Source of the DNA: Eledone cirrhosa
Lineage: Eukaryota
Length of the DNA stretch: 64,000 nucleotides
NCBI GenBank assembly: GCA_964016885.1
Contig: OZ024740.1
Coordinates: 174,158,001 to 174,222,000 of the forward strand
Reading direction: 5' to 3'
The position numbers were made by a program, and so were the translations under genes. Positions 42,089-55,439 of this stretch are shown here, piece after piece; the first letter of the stretch is position 1; each line of letters starts with the position of its first letter. The notes beneath the pieces are model-generated. The model was not told the origin of the DNA. It made no database searches and worked only from the letters and a program-made list of their open reading frames with translations.

Positions 42089-45037
42089 TTGTCTCGTTTG
42101 CGTGTGTGTGTTTGTGCGTGTGTTGTGTGTTGTTGCATCGGTTGTTAACTTAAACCAGCCATTTCATTTCGCTTCTCTCTAATCGGTTGTTTATTTGCGG
42201 TTGCAGTTGTTTGATAAGAAGCGCTTCCTTAATACGTAACGTGCCGACGTTTCTTTCAGTCGCTAGAATTGTGACAATGGGCCTTCCGTCTTTGTTTCCG
42301 CATTTGTCTATGTGTTTCCGGAAAGACGAGGCCCTGGTTTTAATGTGTTCCTTGATCCGGATGTGCAAAGGTCGAATTGTGCTACCTATGTAGTATTGGT
42401 TCCACCTGTCACATTCTATCTTATACTCGACGTATGTGCGTAGGCAACAGTTAGCATGGCGTATCGGGCAGTCTCTGAGGGAGCAAGCGTCAGTAGATTT
42501 TTCGGGTTTTCTGGAGAGGCATCTTCGCAGGGAGGGGCCCGAGTGGGCCAGGTGGATGTCGAGGCCCTCCCTCCGTATAGCCTTGCGGATAGCGTTGGTG
42601 GTTTTCTCGCCCAGGTGTGGCATTTTAAGGAAGCACTTGCCTTGGGTGCTTCTCTGTCTCTTGCGTCTGGTGTCTCCTATTGTGTCTGTGATCGAGGTGG
42701 GGTACCCGTTCGTCTCCAGCACCTCGAGGAATCGCTTGGTATGAGTGACACCACTGGCGGGATCGCTGCATCTGTTTTTGATTCGTGCGATCTCGTTCGT
42801 GATGTATCCTCTTTTGGCACTGTTAGGGAGGGCGGACTTGTAGTGAACGAATAGGTCCCTGCATGCTGCCTTTCTGTAGAAGTTGCAGTGGATCCCTCCT
42901 TGTTCCCTGATGTTGATTCGGAAGTCGAGGAGGGCAAGTGACCCGTCTTCGTTGGGGTGTTCAACACTGAAGTCAATGTTCTCGTCCGTGTTGTTGAACG
43001 TCTCATAGATTCTGTTCGCCGTGTCTTGGGAAGATGTGAGGATGAGGATATCGTCCACGTATCTTGAGAAAAAGGCTACGGCGTTGGGATGGCAGGCGTT
43101 GAGAGCCTTTCGTTCGAGGTTGTCCATGTAGGAGATCGCTAGCACACCTGATAGACTTGATCCCATGGGCAATCCCGAGGTTTGTTGGTATATTTGGTCA
43201 AGGAATCCGAACTAGGTGTTGTCGACGACGATGGACAGGAGTTGGTGGATGTCAGTGGTGGTGAGCCCGAAGCAGTGTAGGTCGGTGGATTGGACGCGTT
43301 CCATTAGTATATTGACGGCCGGGAGTGCCGGGACCGAGGTGTAGAGAGCGACTACATCAAGGCTGAAGGCATATCTGTTATTCTTTCTGGTGTCGGGATC
43401 CATTTGATGCAGGCGTTTCAACACCTCCTCGGAGCTGTTAACGTGTCCCGGCAAGGTGTCTAAGATGAGTTTGAGTATTCTGGCTAGGAGCCATGAAATT
43501 TTGTAGAGTGGTCCCTCCACGCTCGATACGATGGGCCTGATTTTCAGGTCGGATCCCTGTTTGTGTGTTTTCACGAGGTGGTAGAAGGCGGGTAGTCTGC
43601 TGTTCCTCGTGAGGAGGTTGTATCTCAGCTTCTTCGGGAGCTTCCGCCGGTCGCAGATGTTGGTCCAGGCGGAGTTGATGTGTTCTTCTATCTGCGCGGG
43701 AGTGATTCCCGTGACCTTGGAGTAGAGGATGTCATCGTCAAGGTGTTGGAGGGCCAGGGTGTTGTAGGCCTCTCTGCTGATGACGCAGAATTCTTTTCCC
43801 TTGTCGGAGGGGAGATAGATGAGGTTCTTCGATTTTAGGTTGGAGAGAGTGGTGAGTTGAGATTTGGTGAGGTAATGTGTTGTGCGTGTGTGTGTGTGTT
43901 TGTGAAGTATATCCGAGATGGAGTGTTTTAGCCTGATGAGTTTGGTGTCGAGTTCGTGGTTGGTGGGTGGGGGGTGGAGTGGGTTGTCGGGGTGGTAAGT
44001 GGGGAACTTGGGGTGGGTTGTGTCGGCGCTGTTATTATCTGTGGCGCTGTTGATAGCGGTCACCCATTTAAGTTGGTAAGCGGCTCGACAAAAGTTGGCC
44101 TCGATGTTGAGTTTGAGTCTGTCGTCGAGACGTTGTGTGACGATGAACTTAGGTCCGAGGTGTAGGAGTTTCAGCTCGTCGCTCGTGAGAGTTCCGGTTA
44201 GGTCGGTGACCAGGTGCGTCGCATCGTTGAGGTATGGCTCGGTGTTGGTGGTAGCGGCGGTGGCGGTTGTTAAGTTGTTGTTTTCCACGTGGTTCTGGTC
44301 CGTCTGTTCGTTAGTGTCGATGTTCTCGTTGTGGCGTTTCGACAAGATCCACTCATATTTTCGCTTGAGTTGTTTTTTCTCGTATTGGACTCTGGAGTGG
44401 TAGCACTGGTCGATTGCTTTAGTGATATTTAGGAGCAAGTCTCCGGGTGCTATTGGCAGTCGATGTGTCCGCTCTGAGAGTGTCCGCTTATGGAAGTGTA
44501 ATTGGCGGTTGAGATGTCTCAGGATCTGTTTAATACACGTGCGATGTATGCGGTTAGTGGTGTTTTGGAAGGCTGGTGTACGTAGGCTTACTCGTAAGCG
44601 GATGTTCTTGATGGTGTTGGGGATGACATCGTTTTTTAGGCAGCGTTTCAGGAAAATAATTTGGCAGCCAGCGTTGGCCCATTTCTCCGACAGTCTAAAC
44701 AGTTCCCTTACGGATGCAAACAATTCCTGGCTCAGGTGTAAGGATAAGAGAGTATTGAAGTTTGCTTGAAGCATTGTGGAACAATAAGTAAATATTTATA
44801 AGTCGTTTGGAAGCCTCGACAATGCAAATGGGTAAATCTCCGAGTAACAAGGTCCGGTGGTGGAGAGAGAGATGTGTAAGTGGGTGTACGTTGAGATGCG
44901 TGGTGTGTATAAGATGTGTGAGATGTGTAGAATGAAGGGAAGAGTAAAAGAATAAAAATAATAATAACAACACAAGAGAGAGAGTTACCTTGGGAGAGAT
45001 TTAATGGTCCCTATATATTTCGGATTCACATCCATCA
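41422..45037 (-). mobile_element. Full-length PLE (family C) with direct pLTRs
   Basis: pLTRs 44748-45037 and 41422-41710, which overlap the ORF start MLQANFNTL; (CA)-rich 3' UTR; (TA)n flanks. Confidence 0.92.
42150..44774 (-). pseudogene. PLE RT + GIY-YIG ORF, 874 codons, single in-frame TAG
   Basis: LHLGPKF, PSDKG, LVKTHK, IRPIVS, FSLDVVALYTSVP, DNT*FGF (TAG at 43212-43214, in frame with 42150-43172), GLPMGS, RYVDD, LLDFRI, YIGSTIRPLHIRIKEH. Confidence 0.92.
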
Positions 45038-45496
45038 TACATATATATATACATATATATATACATGTATATATATACATATATATATACATATATATAT
45101 ATACATATATATATATACATATATATACATTTATATATATATATACATATATATATACATATATATATACATATATATATACATATATATATATGTATAC
45201 ATGTATATATATGTATATATATATATATATATATGTATACATATATATATATATATGTATACATATATATATATGTATACATATATATATATGTATACAT
45301 ATATATATATATGTATACATATATATATATATGTATACATATATATATATGTATACATATATATATATATATACATATATATATATGTATACATATATAT
45401 ATATATGCATACATATATATATATGTATATATATATATACGTATATATGTATATGTATATATATACGTATATATATACGTATATATATATATATAT

Positions 45497-45705
45497 GAAG
45501 GCGTGTGACTGAGTGGTGAGAGAATTGGATTCACAATCGTGAGGTTGTGAGTTCGATTCCAGATCAGAGCGATGCGTTATGTCCTTGAAGACATTTTATT
45601 TCACGTTGCTCCTTCTACCTGGAGTTGCGACCGATAGATAGTATTAGCAATTGAAAGACCAATGGAAACATTGTTTCCTCGGTCCGATTTGACGAAAGTC
45701 GATCG
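45497..45705 (+). mobile_element. tRNA-derived SINE
   Basis: Near-identical to 16439-16652. Confidence 0.85.
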
Positions 45706-46233
45706 TTCCTTTTTACTTTTATATATATATATATAAATAAATAAATTTATGTCTCATACGCGTTGAATACAGTATGCCAGAACTAATTTAATTAGACATA
45801 CAAGGTTCTATATACGGCTGCTTATACCTATTCATGTGCGCGTGTGCACATCTATGTGCGCGCGCACATAGAAATGTGCGTTTATGCGCTTAATCTTTTA
45901 TTTGCTCTTGCATATGCATGCGTGTCTACGTGAAAATGTTTCGTTATTAATATTACGTGTTTCTTTTTTCAAATCAAATCCAGCAGTTTATCGAAAGAAT
46001 TCAATCACTTGAAATCCCAGAGGAATTCGATTCTGATTCGGAAGAAGAAATGAATAAAGCAAACAGACAAATATGGGTAAATCTGCTTTGGATTTGAAAA
46101 AAGAAAACTAACATTTTTCTGTTACGAATCAATAATTGTAATGGGAATCAAGGACATTCGTTGAACGTGTGTTGTTCTTGTTTGTTGTTCTCCATGGTGG
46201 ATTTCTATTGTAATTCACCACCTTGTATTATTT

Positions 46234-46252
46234 TTCCTTCCTTCCTTCCTTC

Positions 46253-46283
<31 letters not shown>

Positions 46284-46470
46284 TTTTCTTTCTTTCTTTC
46301 TTTCTTTCTCCCATCCTTCCTTCTTTCCTTCCTTTTGTCCTCCCTTCCGACTTTTATTTCTTCTTCTTCTTCTTCTTCTTCTTCTTCTTCTTCTTCTTCT
46401 TCTTCTTCTTCTTCTTCTTCTTCTAATAATAATAATAATAATAATATATATATATGCAATAATAATAATA
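46234..46470. repeat. (TTCC)/(TTTC)/(TTC)n then (AAT)n microsatellites
   Basis: Directly visible. Confidence 0.95.
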
Positions 46471-47499
46471 TGTATGCAATTTGGTATTAGTAAGTGTGGA
46501 GTCCTTGTGATGAAGAGAGGTAAATTGAGCAGAAGAAACGGAATCCAGGTACCAACAGGTGAGATGATAAAGGAAATTGACACTGAAGAAGGATACAAGT
46601 ATTTGCGTGTTCTGTAGGCTGATGACATCAAGAACAAAAAAATGAAGGAATTGATAAGATCTGAATACATTCGGAGAGTAGGGAGCGTATTAAAGTCATA
46701 TCTGAACAGTAGGAATGCCATAAGTGAAGTAAATTCCCGAGCTGTGTCTATTATTAGGTACAGTGCGGGAATTCTGAGATGGAATGTTGCTGAACAAAAA
46801 GAAATGGATAGGAAGACTAGGAAGCTATTGACTATTGAGGAGTGATGTCGATAGACTCTACTTAAGGAGATCTGAAGGTGGAAGAGGTCTTATCAGCATA
46901 GAGGACTGTGTTCAGATGGAGAAAAACAACCTACACAAATACGTGGCTGATAGTAAGAAGCCAATGCTCAGAATTGTACTGAAGGAGAGGACAATAGACC
47001 AGGGGATGTCCAAGGAGGAAATAACAACAAGGAGAAAGAGCAGCCTTCATGAAAAATCTCTTCATAGTACCTTTTTGAGAAAACTGAATTCAGAGATCCA
47101 CAGACATGGAACTGGTTGAAAAGAGGAGACCTTAAAAAGACTACAGAAGGAATGCTAATGGCTGCTGCGCAAGAGCAGGCCCTCAAAACGAAGTGGTTGA
47201 AACACCATATTTACAAGGAGGAGGCTAGCCCACTGTGCAGGATCTGTGGAGTGAGAGAGAGGAGACTGTGGCTCACATTGTATCCGCGTGTAAACACCTA
47301 GCCCAGACTCACTATAAAGGCTGGAGACATGATGTGATGGGCAGTGTGATCCACTGGCACCTATGCTAAGTAAACAATTTACCACATTCTTAGAAGTGGT
47401 ATGAGCATAAGCCAGAGTCGGTGATAGAAAACGATCAGATGAAGTTGCTGTTGGATTTTAGGATACAGACGAACAAGAAGCTGGAACACAATAGACCTT
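46471..47499 (+). mobile_element. R4/Dong-like RLE LINE fragment, copy 1
   Basis: MQFGISKC, RSDVDRLYLRRSEGGRGL, TEGMLMAAAQEQAL, CRICG; starts after (AAT)n. Confidence 0.85.
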
Positions 47500-47539
47500 G
47501 AACATAAAGCAAGATAAATGAAACTTAATAATAATAATA

Positions 47540-49307
47540 AAGAAGTGAGAGCAGGATACAAGTTGGGAAAGGGAGGGCTTACCATCAATCACCTCCTCTT
47601 CATGGACGATCTTAAACTCTTCGGGAAGAGTGAGAAGGAGTTCGGTGTACTTGTTGACACTGTCCGTATTTTCAACAATGATATATGTATGCAATTTGGT
47701 ATTAGTAAGTGTGGAGTTCTAGTGATGAAGAGGGGTAGATTGAGCAGAAGCAACCGAATCCAGGTACCAACAGCTGAGATGATAAAAAAAATTGACACTG
47801 AAGAAGAATACAAATATTTAGGTGTTCTGGAGGCAGTGACATAAAGAACAAAAAAAATGAAGGAATTAATAAGAACTGAATACATTAGGAGAGTAAGGAG
47901 CGTATTAAAATCACATCTCAATAGTAAGAATGTCATAAGTGCAGTAAATTCCCGAGCTGTGTCTATTATTAGGTACAGTGCGGGAATTCTGAAATGGAAT
48001 ATTGCTGAACAAAAAGAAATGGATAGGAAGACTAGGAAGCTATTGACTATCGACAACATGTTCCACAAGAGGAGTGATGTCGATAGACTCTACTTAAAGA
48101 GATCTGAAGGTGGAAGAGGTCTTATCAGCATAGATCACTGTGTTCAGATGGAGAAAAACAACCTACACAAATACGTGACTGACAGTAGGGAGCCAATGCT
48201 CAGAATTGTACTGAAGGAGAGGACAATAGATGAGGGGATGTCCAAGGAGGAAATAACAACAAGGAGGAAGAGCAACCTTCATGAAAAATCCCTTCATAGT
48301 ACCTTCTTTGAGAAAACTGAATTTAGAGATCCACAGACATGGAACTGGTTGAAAAGAGGAGTCCTTAAAAAGGCTACAGAAGGAATGCTAATGGGTGCGC
48401 ATGAGCAGGCCCTGAAAACGAATGGGTGAAACACCATATTTACAAGGAGGCTAGCCCACTGTGTAGGATCTGTGGAGAGAGAGAAGAGACTGTGGATCAC
48501 ATTGTATCCGAGTGTAAACACATAGCCCAGACTCACTACAAAGGCTGGAGACATGATGTGATAGGCAGGGTGATCCACTGGCACCTATGCAAAGTAAACA
48601 ATTTATCACATTCTGAGAAGTGGTATGAGCATAAGCCAGAGTCGGTGATAGAAAACGATCAGGTGAAGGTGCTATGGGATTTTAGGATACAGACTGACAA
48701 GAAACTGGAACACAATAGACCTGACTTGGTGGTTTTGGACAAGGAAAAAAGATCGCGCCTGATTGTAGATGTAGCCTGCCCATTCAACACGAGAGTGCAA
48801 GAGAAGGAGAGGGAGAAAATTAACCGATACCAGGACTTAAAGTGGGAGGTAAAAAGGATTTGGAACTGCCATGAAGTCAGAGTGGTCCCGATTGTCATAG
48901 GCGCACTAGGTACTATCTCAAAGAGTTTCCAAGGATGGTTAAAGAAAATTAGTCCAGCCCCGCTTTTTGGAACACTTCAAAAGGCATGCTTGCAAGAACC
49001 CTGCGATACGTCCTGAATATCTGAGGCTGCAGGTAGCGGCTTGATATTCATTTCAACAAACTTTCCAGTTAAATAACTGTTTCTACTTTAGGCACAAGGC
49101 CAGCAATTACCCAGTGCATTACTGGTACTTTATTTTATCGACCCCGTAAGGATGAAAGGCAAAGTCAACCTCGGCGGGATTTGAACTCAGATCGTAAAGG
49201 GTCATAACTATGTTGGAAAGCATGGGGTCCGACCCTCCACCGATACTGCCTATCCACCGCCCTTTCCACTTTCCATTTAAATAACATCAATGACTGAGAC
49301 TCAAAAC
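47540..49307 (+). mobile_element. R4/Dong-like RLE LINE, 5'-truncated copy 2
   Basis: INHLLFMDDLKLF (RT), CRICGEREETVDHIVSEC (CCHC), RHD, NRPDLVV..IVDVACP..K..RY (RLE); (AAT)n at both ends. Confidence 0.9.
49078..49267 (-). mobile_element. SINE (family 2) with 18-bp TSD
   Basis: TSD actttccagttaaataac (49060-49077) / actttccatttaaataac (49268-49285); the empty site is seen in the R4 copy at ~56892. Confidence 0.9.
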
Positions 49308-49567
49308 ATAATAATAATAATGATTTCATTTATTGACCACAAGGGCCGACATATAGGGGAAAATACAAAAGACTGGGACAGTGGGGTTTTACAGAAAAAT
49401 CAATATAATTAACAATAACAAAGTAACAGTAAAAATGCAACAAGAAAAATTCCCCAATAGGGGGGATATCCACCAAGGGTTCGCTCAGGTACCCCACCAA
49501 TCCTTAACGACCCGACGCTTCGAGAGCACCCTGGAAGGGCACCCTCCTCCTCCTCAAATTTACCCAC

Positions 49568-52500
49568 CTACAGCCGCATGACCAGAGTAGGCCCACTCAC
49601 ACGAGCCATTCTCGCCACATTCACCCACCTTTCAGCAAATGTACTGGGGTGAAGCACTTCTCTCTCCACCCTCACCTTCCTTTCCAAGTGAAACTTGAAA
49701 TAGTTGATGAGGGATTGGCCGAAGATAAAAGTGTCTGTCATCAGTCCTTTCAACCTCGTCCACCATACAACCTCTTTCGCTACTGCCACCAGACAGAGGA
49801 AAATTGCCTGCCGTTCCTGACCAAAAGAAGGCGGCTGGTTGATCTTCACTATGGACTCGGCCGAGAGCCGAATCCGTTCTACACACGACAACAGCTGTTC
49901 GACATATCTTCACAAGTCAGTAATGCATGGACACTGGACGAGTGTATGCCGAACGATTTCGTCGCTCTGCGCGCATCTCGGGCAGGTCCGTCTGACAGCA
50001 CTTCGGTGCCTGTAGAGTTTATCTCGAACCGGCAGTGCCCCTCAGTAGTGGAAATTATCCATCGTCCCTGGCTCGAAAGTCCTCCGGAACAGACTGGTTA
50101 GTTCGACTTCGTCGTCTCCCAGAGCCTCTCCGAGTGCGTTGTCGCACTTGCCCACCACTAATCCTCTATAGAACTCGAGAGTGGAAGTTCCACTGACCGC
50201 ATTGCCCGCCTGGTAGAGGTCAGTGAGTGCCTGGCAACATTCCAGATGCCAGTCACCCAGTCTCGGTCTCTTCTTGACCCAGGACTGCAGCTCAGTCAAA
50301 GAAACGAGCTGCGGAAAGGCCCGTCTGACAAAGGCGACCACACCTGTTCACCGCTTAGGCAGAATATCTGGAGATGCCGCAGCCTCAGCGCGTGTCTGCG
50401 CATCATTAGCCACGGCATGCCCAGCCCCTCCACGTAGAGGGTGCTGGCAGCAGATGGACCGCCTCACTAGCGGAACCCGACCCCTCCACAAGAATTTGAA
50501 GAGGAGCCGCTCCAAGATGGCGAGGCGCGAACGGGGGCAAGGGACGACGGTTAGACGGTAGTAGATGACGGACGCGATGTACGCGTTCGCCACCTCCGCC
50601 CGACCTTTCAGTGATAGCTTCCTCCCAGCACATTTCTGGGTGAGACTGGCCACCCTTCCCGTCACCTCGTCCCAATTCTTATCCACCTGGAGGTCTGGCC
50701 CGAACCAAACCCCGAGCAACTTTACCGGTCCGTCCGTCCAGCGCCTAACGACGCTATTAGACGGCATGGATTTGCCTCTCCAGGTGCTGAGCTGCAAGCC
50801 CACTGACTTTTCCGGGTTAAGTTTTGCTCCCGTCAACCTTTCATATTCCTCCAATAAGTTGCCGACCACCTCGATTTCTGAGGTGTCCGACACCATCACG
50901 GTGATGTCGTCTGGATAAGCCGACACAGCCTTTCCGCGTCCCGGTTCGAGCGGGATGCCCTGCAACAGCTCCAGCTTCCGCAGTAAAGGCTCGAGAGTCA
51001 ATACGTACAGAAGGGAGGAGAGAGGGCACCCTTGACGGACCGATCGGGAGACCTGAAACGGTTCCGAGAGGTGGCCATTCATTTTGACCACCGAGCAGGT
51101 GCCGCTGTGCATTGCAACGATCCAGCTTCTGAAGACGGGGCCGAAGCCAGCCGCCTTGAGGACAGCCTCCAGGTACCGATGGTCGACCATATCGAATGCT
51201 TTCGATTGATCTAAATTGATCAGAGCCCCACCGAAGTCAGGTTTACACCCTACCCTCTCTATGATGTATCGCATTAGGTGGAGGTTGTCGTGTATGGATC
51301 TGGTTGGAATTGCGCAAGTTTGCGCCTCCCCAACCAAATCCCCGACGACAAGCGTCAACCTCTTCGCTAACACCCTGGCCAAAATCTTAAACTCTGTATT
51401 GAGCAGAGTTATGGGCCTGAAATTGTCTAATATGTCCCTCTTGTTCTCGTCTTTCCTTATCAGCGTCACTACGCCCAGGCTCACAGAACTGGGAATACTC
51501 CCGTTTTGCTGCCAGTTGCAGTAGAGGGCTTCGAGGAGATTGGAGAACAAGTCTGGCATGTTTACGTAAAGCTCGTAAGGCAGACCATCTAAACCGGGTG
51601 ACTTGCGCCTCATGCAGCCGACAAGGGCATCCTGAATCTCGGCTGAAGTAATTGGCCTTTCGCAGCGCCCAGCCTCAGCCGTCGAGAGTTGCGGCAAGCC
51701 ATCGAGGTAGTGACTAAAGTCCGCCACCCTCTCTGACCTGCCACTTCCCCCGAACAACCGAGCAAAATGTGGGCGAAAGATCTGACACATCCGCTTGGAA
51801 TCGCTCAGCTCGTGTCCGTCTCGGTCCGTCAAAGATCGAGCGTGGTTTTATTACCACGTTGCGCCTCTGCCACGCGGGCCCATCGAACAGCTTTGGTTCC
51901 CACGTTTCTTAGAACACGCGCCTTAGCTCTGACAATGCAACCTTCGTGTTTCGCATTGAAGAAATGGTCTAATGCCATTCTCGCCGCTAGCACGTCAGTT
52001 GCAATGCCACTACAAATAGCCTCGTCTAACTTATCTACCAACTCGCCCTCCTTTCTATTTTTCTCTAACGCAACTTCTTTGCTAAACTCTATCGACATTA
52101 CTCTAATCTCTCTTATGAGAGCCCCCCACCATCTATTGTTGACGACTCCCCCTGTCAACTTTTTCTTAACTAAATTGTTGACCTGGTCCCTGTAAGCCTT
52201 ACGTGCCGGAAATGATATGTTTAGCTTCCAGTAACCAGGTCCTAACCTACGCGTCTTATCTAGGTCGACCATACAGATCACAAACTTGTGATCTGAATAG
52301 GCGACCGTTTCAAAACGTAGACAGCTTACACTATTTCTGTCTATTTTCCTAATGAATATCCTGTCTATATACGATCTAGATGGCCCTATGCGGTTAGTCC
52401 AGGTCCACACTGGCGCATTAGGGAAATCTAGTCGGTACCTGTCAGACAGTTGGAACTGGTTGATCAGGTTCTTGAGGCTTTTGCACCCCCCGCTCCTAAC

Positions 52501-52962
52501 GGATACTCCCACACAGTCCCAGCGTACGTCTAAGATACCGTTCCAGTCCCCCGCTAACAGTAAAAGGCGAGCCAGAAAGGGTTCCAGGCGTCTAAAGAAG
52601 TCCGGCCGTCCTGCCCCAGTAGGAGCATAGACAGCCACCAGGCTAAAGGCACCACCTTCGTTATTGTTCACGTCCAGGACCACCAACTTCTCGTCCGGGT
52701 CCCGGAAGATCGACCTTACCTCGAGATCCAGGCCTTTCCTAAACAGCACTGCCACCCCGCCTCCCATTCCCGGCCGGCTAACAGATGCAAAGATCTGATA
52801 GTCGTCGAAAATGGGGGCTAGTGCGCGCGTGTCGGAAATCCTGGTCTCGCTGACGGCAATTACATCCATTTCTAGAGACCTGAGGTCGTTGAGCAGGTGA
52901 CCCTGCTTCCAGAACGATCCCAGACCTCGAACATTTAAACTTCCTACTCTTAATACGGCCAT
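49568..52962 (-). pseudogene. Tx1-like ORF2 (APE endonuclease, RT, C-terminal zinc finger), frameshifted
   Basis: SLNVRGL, VYAP, GDWN, SDH; KSPGLDGLP, FRPITLLN, LDQSKAFD, VRQGCPLS, AYPDD; ORFs 51829-52962, 50348-51832, 50042-50341, 49568-49891. Confidence 0.9.
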
Positions 52963-53653
52963 GTTGGCAGGTTAAAAAGAGAGAGAGGAAAGGTTTACTT
53001 ACCTTCTGGGTGGTTCGACCTCCATAGTTGGTGGGGTTTCTTTTGGGAACCCCGTTAAAAGTCTTTTTTTGTATATTTTCACTTCGTCCTACGAGGGCCA
53101 TCAGTTCCTTGTTGGCCCTCCTGACGAGCACGAAGTTTTGTATGTTTTGTTGGTGTGATTTTATTTGTTTGCGTGGCTGTGGTGGTGATGGTTTTGGTGG
53201 TGTTGTTTCGGTTGTATCTGTGTTTGTGGTTTCAGATGTTTGTGTGTATATTTGTTCTTGCGTCTGTTTAGGTTGTTTGCGTTTGGGGGATTATGGTGAT
53301 GGTGATGGTGGTGGTGTTGATGTTGGTGTTATTGGAGAGATATTTGCGTGGGTGGTGTCTGCGTTTTTAATTGTGGGTGATTTTGTGCTTTGTTGAGTTT
53401 TTTTTTTCTTTTTGTGTTTCCTTTTTTTTATTTTGGGGAATTTTGGTTTTCCCTCATCTTCACTACTGGTAGATGAGGGGTCTGTGTCTGTAAGTGTATC
53501 TCTGTGTGTGTTTATGGTTTTATTGGTGTGTGTATTTTGGGGGGAGGGGGAATTTGACAGCTTTCCTCGTTCCCCCTGGGTGGTCAATATTCGTGGTGGT
53601 CTTTGTATTGGTGTTGTTGTTGGTGGTTTTGCCGGTGCTGGTGTTGGTTGTGG

Positions 53654-54661
53654 TCATCGCCCCAGCGTCGGCAGCAGTGGAGCCTTTCGACTCCTTGCAT
53701 CTTTCAGCAGTTGAGGGCAGAAGGCTCGCAAATGGGTTTTTTCCCCACAAGCAAAACAATGCGGCCTGTTACGTTCGGTCATAATATGAATGACCGTCCC
53801 ATTATGAAGGCGGATGTGGTCCGGGATTGTCTTCACATTCTCGGGCCTGATCTGTAGAAGGATCTCCAGGTCAACCTCGGACCAGTCCTCTCTGGCCGTT
53901 CTGGTCACTTCTATAGGGACGGTATCCATCCCCTCCACAATCATACATCCCAGAAGCCACCACATGTCAAGTCCTGGTGGGATTCTGGGAATGCGGAGAC
54001 GGGCCGTTCTTTTTCCCATGTGGGAGGGATACATTATGACCTTGCTGGTTTTGCAAGGAGTCATAGCGTGTTTCATAGCGAGGGCTTCTGACTTGAACAG
54101 CACCAACATGGTGCCGTACTGTCTGCCCCTCGCTATGTATTCGGTGTCTTCTCTGATGCACCTCAGCGCGACTTCGACATCTGCTTGTGAGATTAAAGCT
54201 GCCCTTTTGGTTTGTGTTGAGATGCATCTATAATGCACCGTTCTGCGCTCAACTGCCTCAATAGCTTCTACCGGGACAGTTAAGTTGGCCCAGGTTTGCT
54301 CTTGCTTGATGAGCTTCCATGCCCACTTTTCATCTTTGTTTGAGAGGTCCATGTTGAAGCATGGCCACTTTTTTGCTGCTGCTGCCGCAGCGAAAGTGTT
54401 CTTGTTGTTGGGGTTGTTGTTGTCGTTGTCGTTGTACTTGTTGGGGTTGTTGTTCGCACTGTCGCTGTTATCATTGTTGTCTTTGTTGCCACCGTTGTTC
54501 TCGGTGCAGTTGGTATTGTTGCTGTTGGTGTTGTCGCTGTTTGTTTTCATGTTAGTGGTGTTGATATTGTTGTTGCATTTGTCATTTTTTTTTGTTATCT
54601 GTCTTTTCGTTGTCCCTGTTTCTGTCATTTTTTTCAAAATTAGAGTTCTTATTGGTATCAT
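53654..54661 (-). CDS. Tx1-like ORF1 (gag-like zinc knuckle), disrupted downstream
   Basis: Asn/Thr-rich N-terminus, TFAAAA, CFACGEKTHLRAFC (CX2CX4HX4C). Confidence 0.8.
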   Translation of the reverse strand: MIPIRTLILKKMTETGTTKRQITKKNDKCNNNINTTNMKTNSDNTNSNNTNCTENNGGNKDNNDNSDSANNNPNKYNDNDNNNPNNKNTFAAAAAAKKWPCFNMDLSNKDEKWAWKLIKQEQTWANLTVPVEAIEAVERRTVHYRCISTQTKRAALISQADVEVALRCIREDTEYIARGRQYGTMLVLFKSEALAMKHAMTPCKTSKVIMYPSHMGKRTARLRIPRIPPGLDMWWLLGCMIVEGMDTVPIEVTRTAREDWSEVDLEILLQIRPENVKTIPDHIRLHNGTVIHIMTERNRPHCFACGEKTHLRAFCPQLLKDARSRKAPLLPTLGR

Positions 54662-55026
54662 TGGTGTCTTTGTTTACATTGTTTGTGGTGGTGTTTGTGT
54701 TATCAATATCTGTTAATTTCGCCGTAGCGCTCCTATCAACTTCTACGTCGTTGTCGCACGACTGCAGACATATCGCTGGGGGGCGTGGCTCATCATGTCT
54801 TTTTTATTTTTTATTTTTCTCGATAATTTTTTAAAATGTAAAAAAGTTCAAATATTTCGGCAAAAGGCCCAAATATTATTCTTTCCCCTTCACAGGGCAA
54901 AGTCCAAGGGCTTGTATGCCTTACACAACAACAAAAAATTCAATAAATCAGTTTTGATAGGTATATAAGTGAACTTACGGGAGCGAGCAAAAAGACGTCC
55001 GTTCAGACTCAATAATAATAATAATA

Positions 55027-55203
55027 ATTGTTTCTACTTTTGGCACAAGGCCAGCAATTACCCAGTACATTACTGGTACTTTATTTTATCAACCCCATAA
55101 GGATGAAAAGCAAAGTTAACCTCAATGGGATTTGAACTCAAACCGTAAAGGGACGTAACTATGCTAGAAAGCATGGCGTCCAACCCTCTACTAATACTGC
55201 CAA
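55027..55203 (-). mobile_element. SINE (family 2)
   Basis: Homologous to 27750-27935; its tail merges into (AAT)n at 55011. Confidence 0.85.
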
Positions 55204-55439
55204 TTCAAATGATAAGCAACAAGTCGAAACAAATTTCAAAAGTTTTGAACACAATAATCCCTAGTTCCCACGAAGCTAAAATGAAAACAGCACAGCAGTA
55301 ACAACAACACTAGTAACCGATGCTACTGGCATTGAAAAACGAAAAACGTAAAGAAAAAAAAACAAAAAAAGTCAGACATTCAAACATTACAATGTTTATT
55401 TTTAAAAGTTTTTATCTATTTATTTGTTTATTTATTTAT

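Larger units (their letters stand above)
49322..55010 (-). mobile_element. Full-length Tx1/L1-clade LINE, copy 1
   Basis: ORF1 + APE/RT ORF2; AATAAA at 49329-49334; both ends abut (AAT)n. Confidence 0.9.

Noticed and set aside
43212-43214. In-frame stop as selenocysteine or readthrough
   Set aside because: The codon is TAG at a Tyr-type position, not TGA at a Cys.
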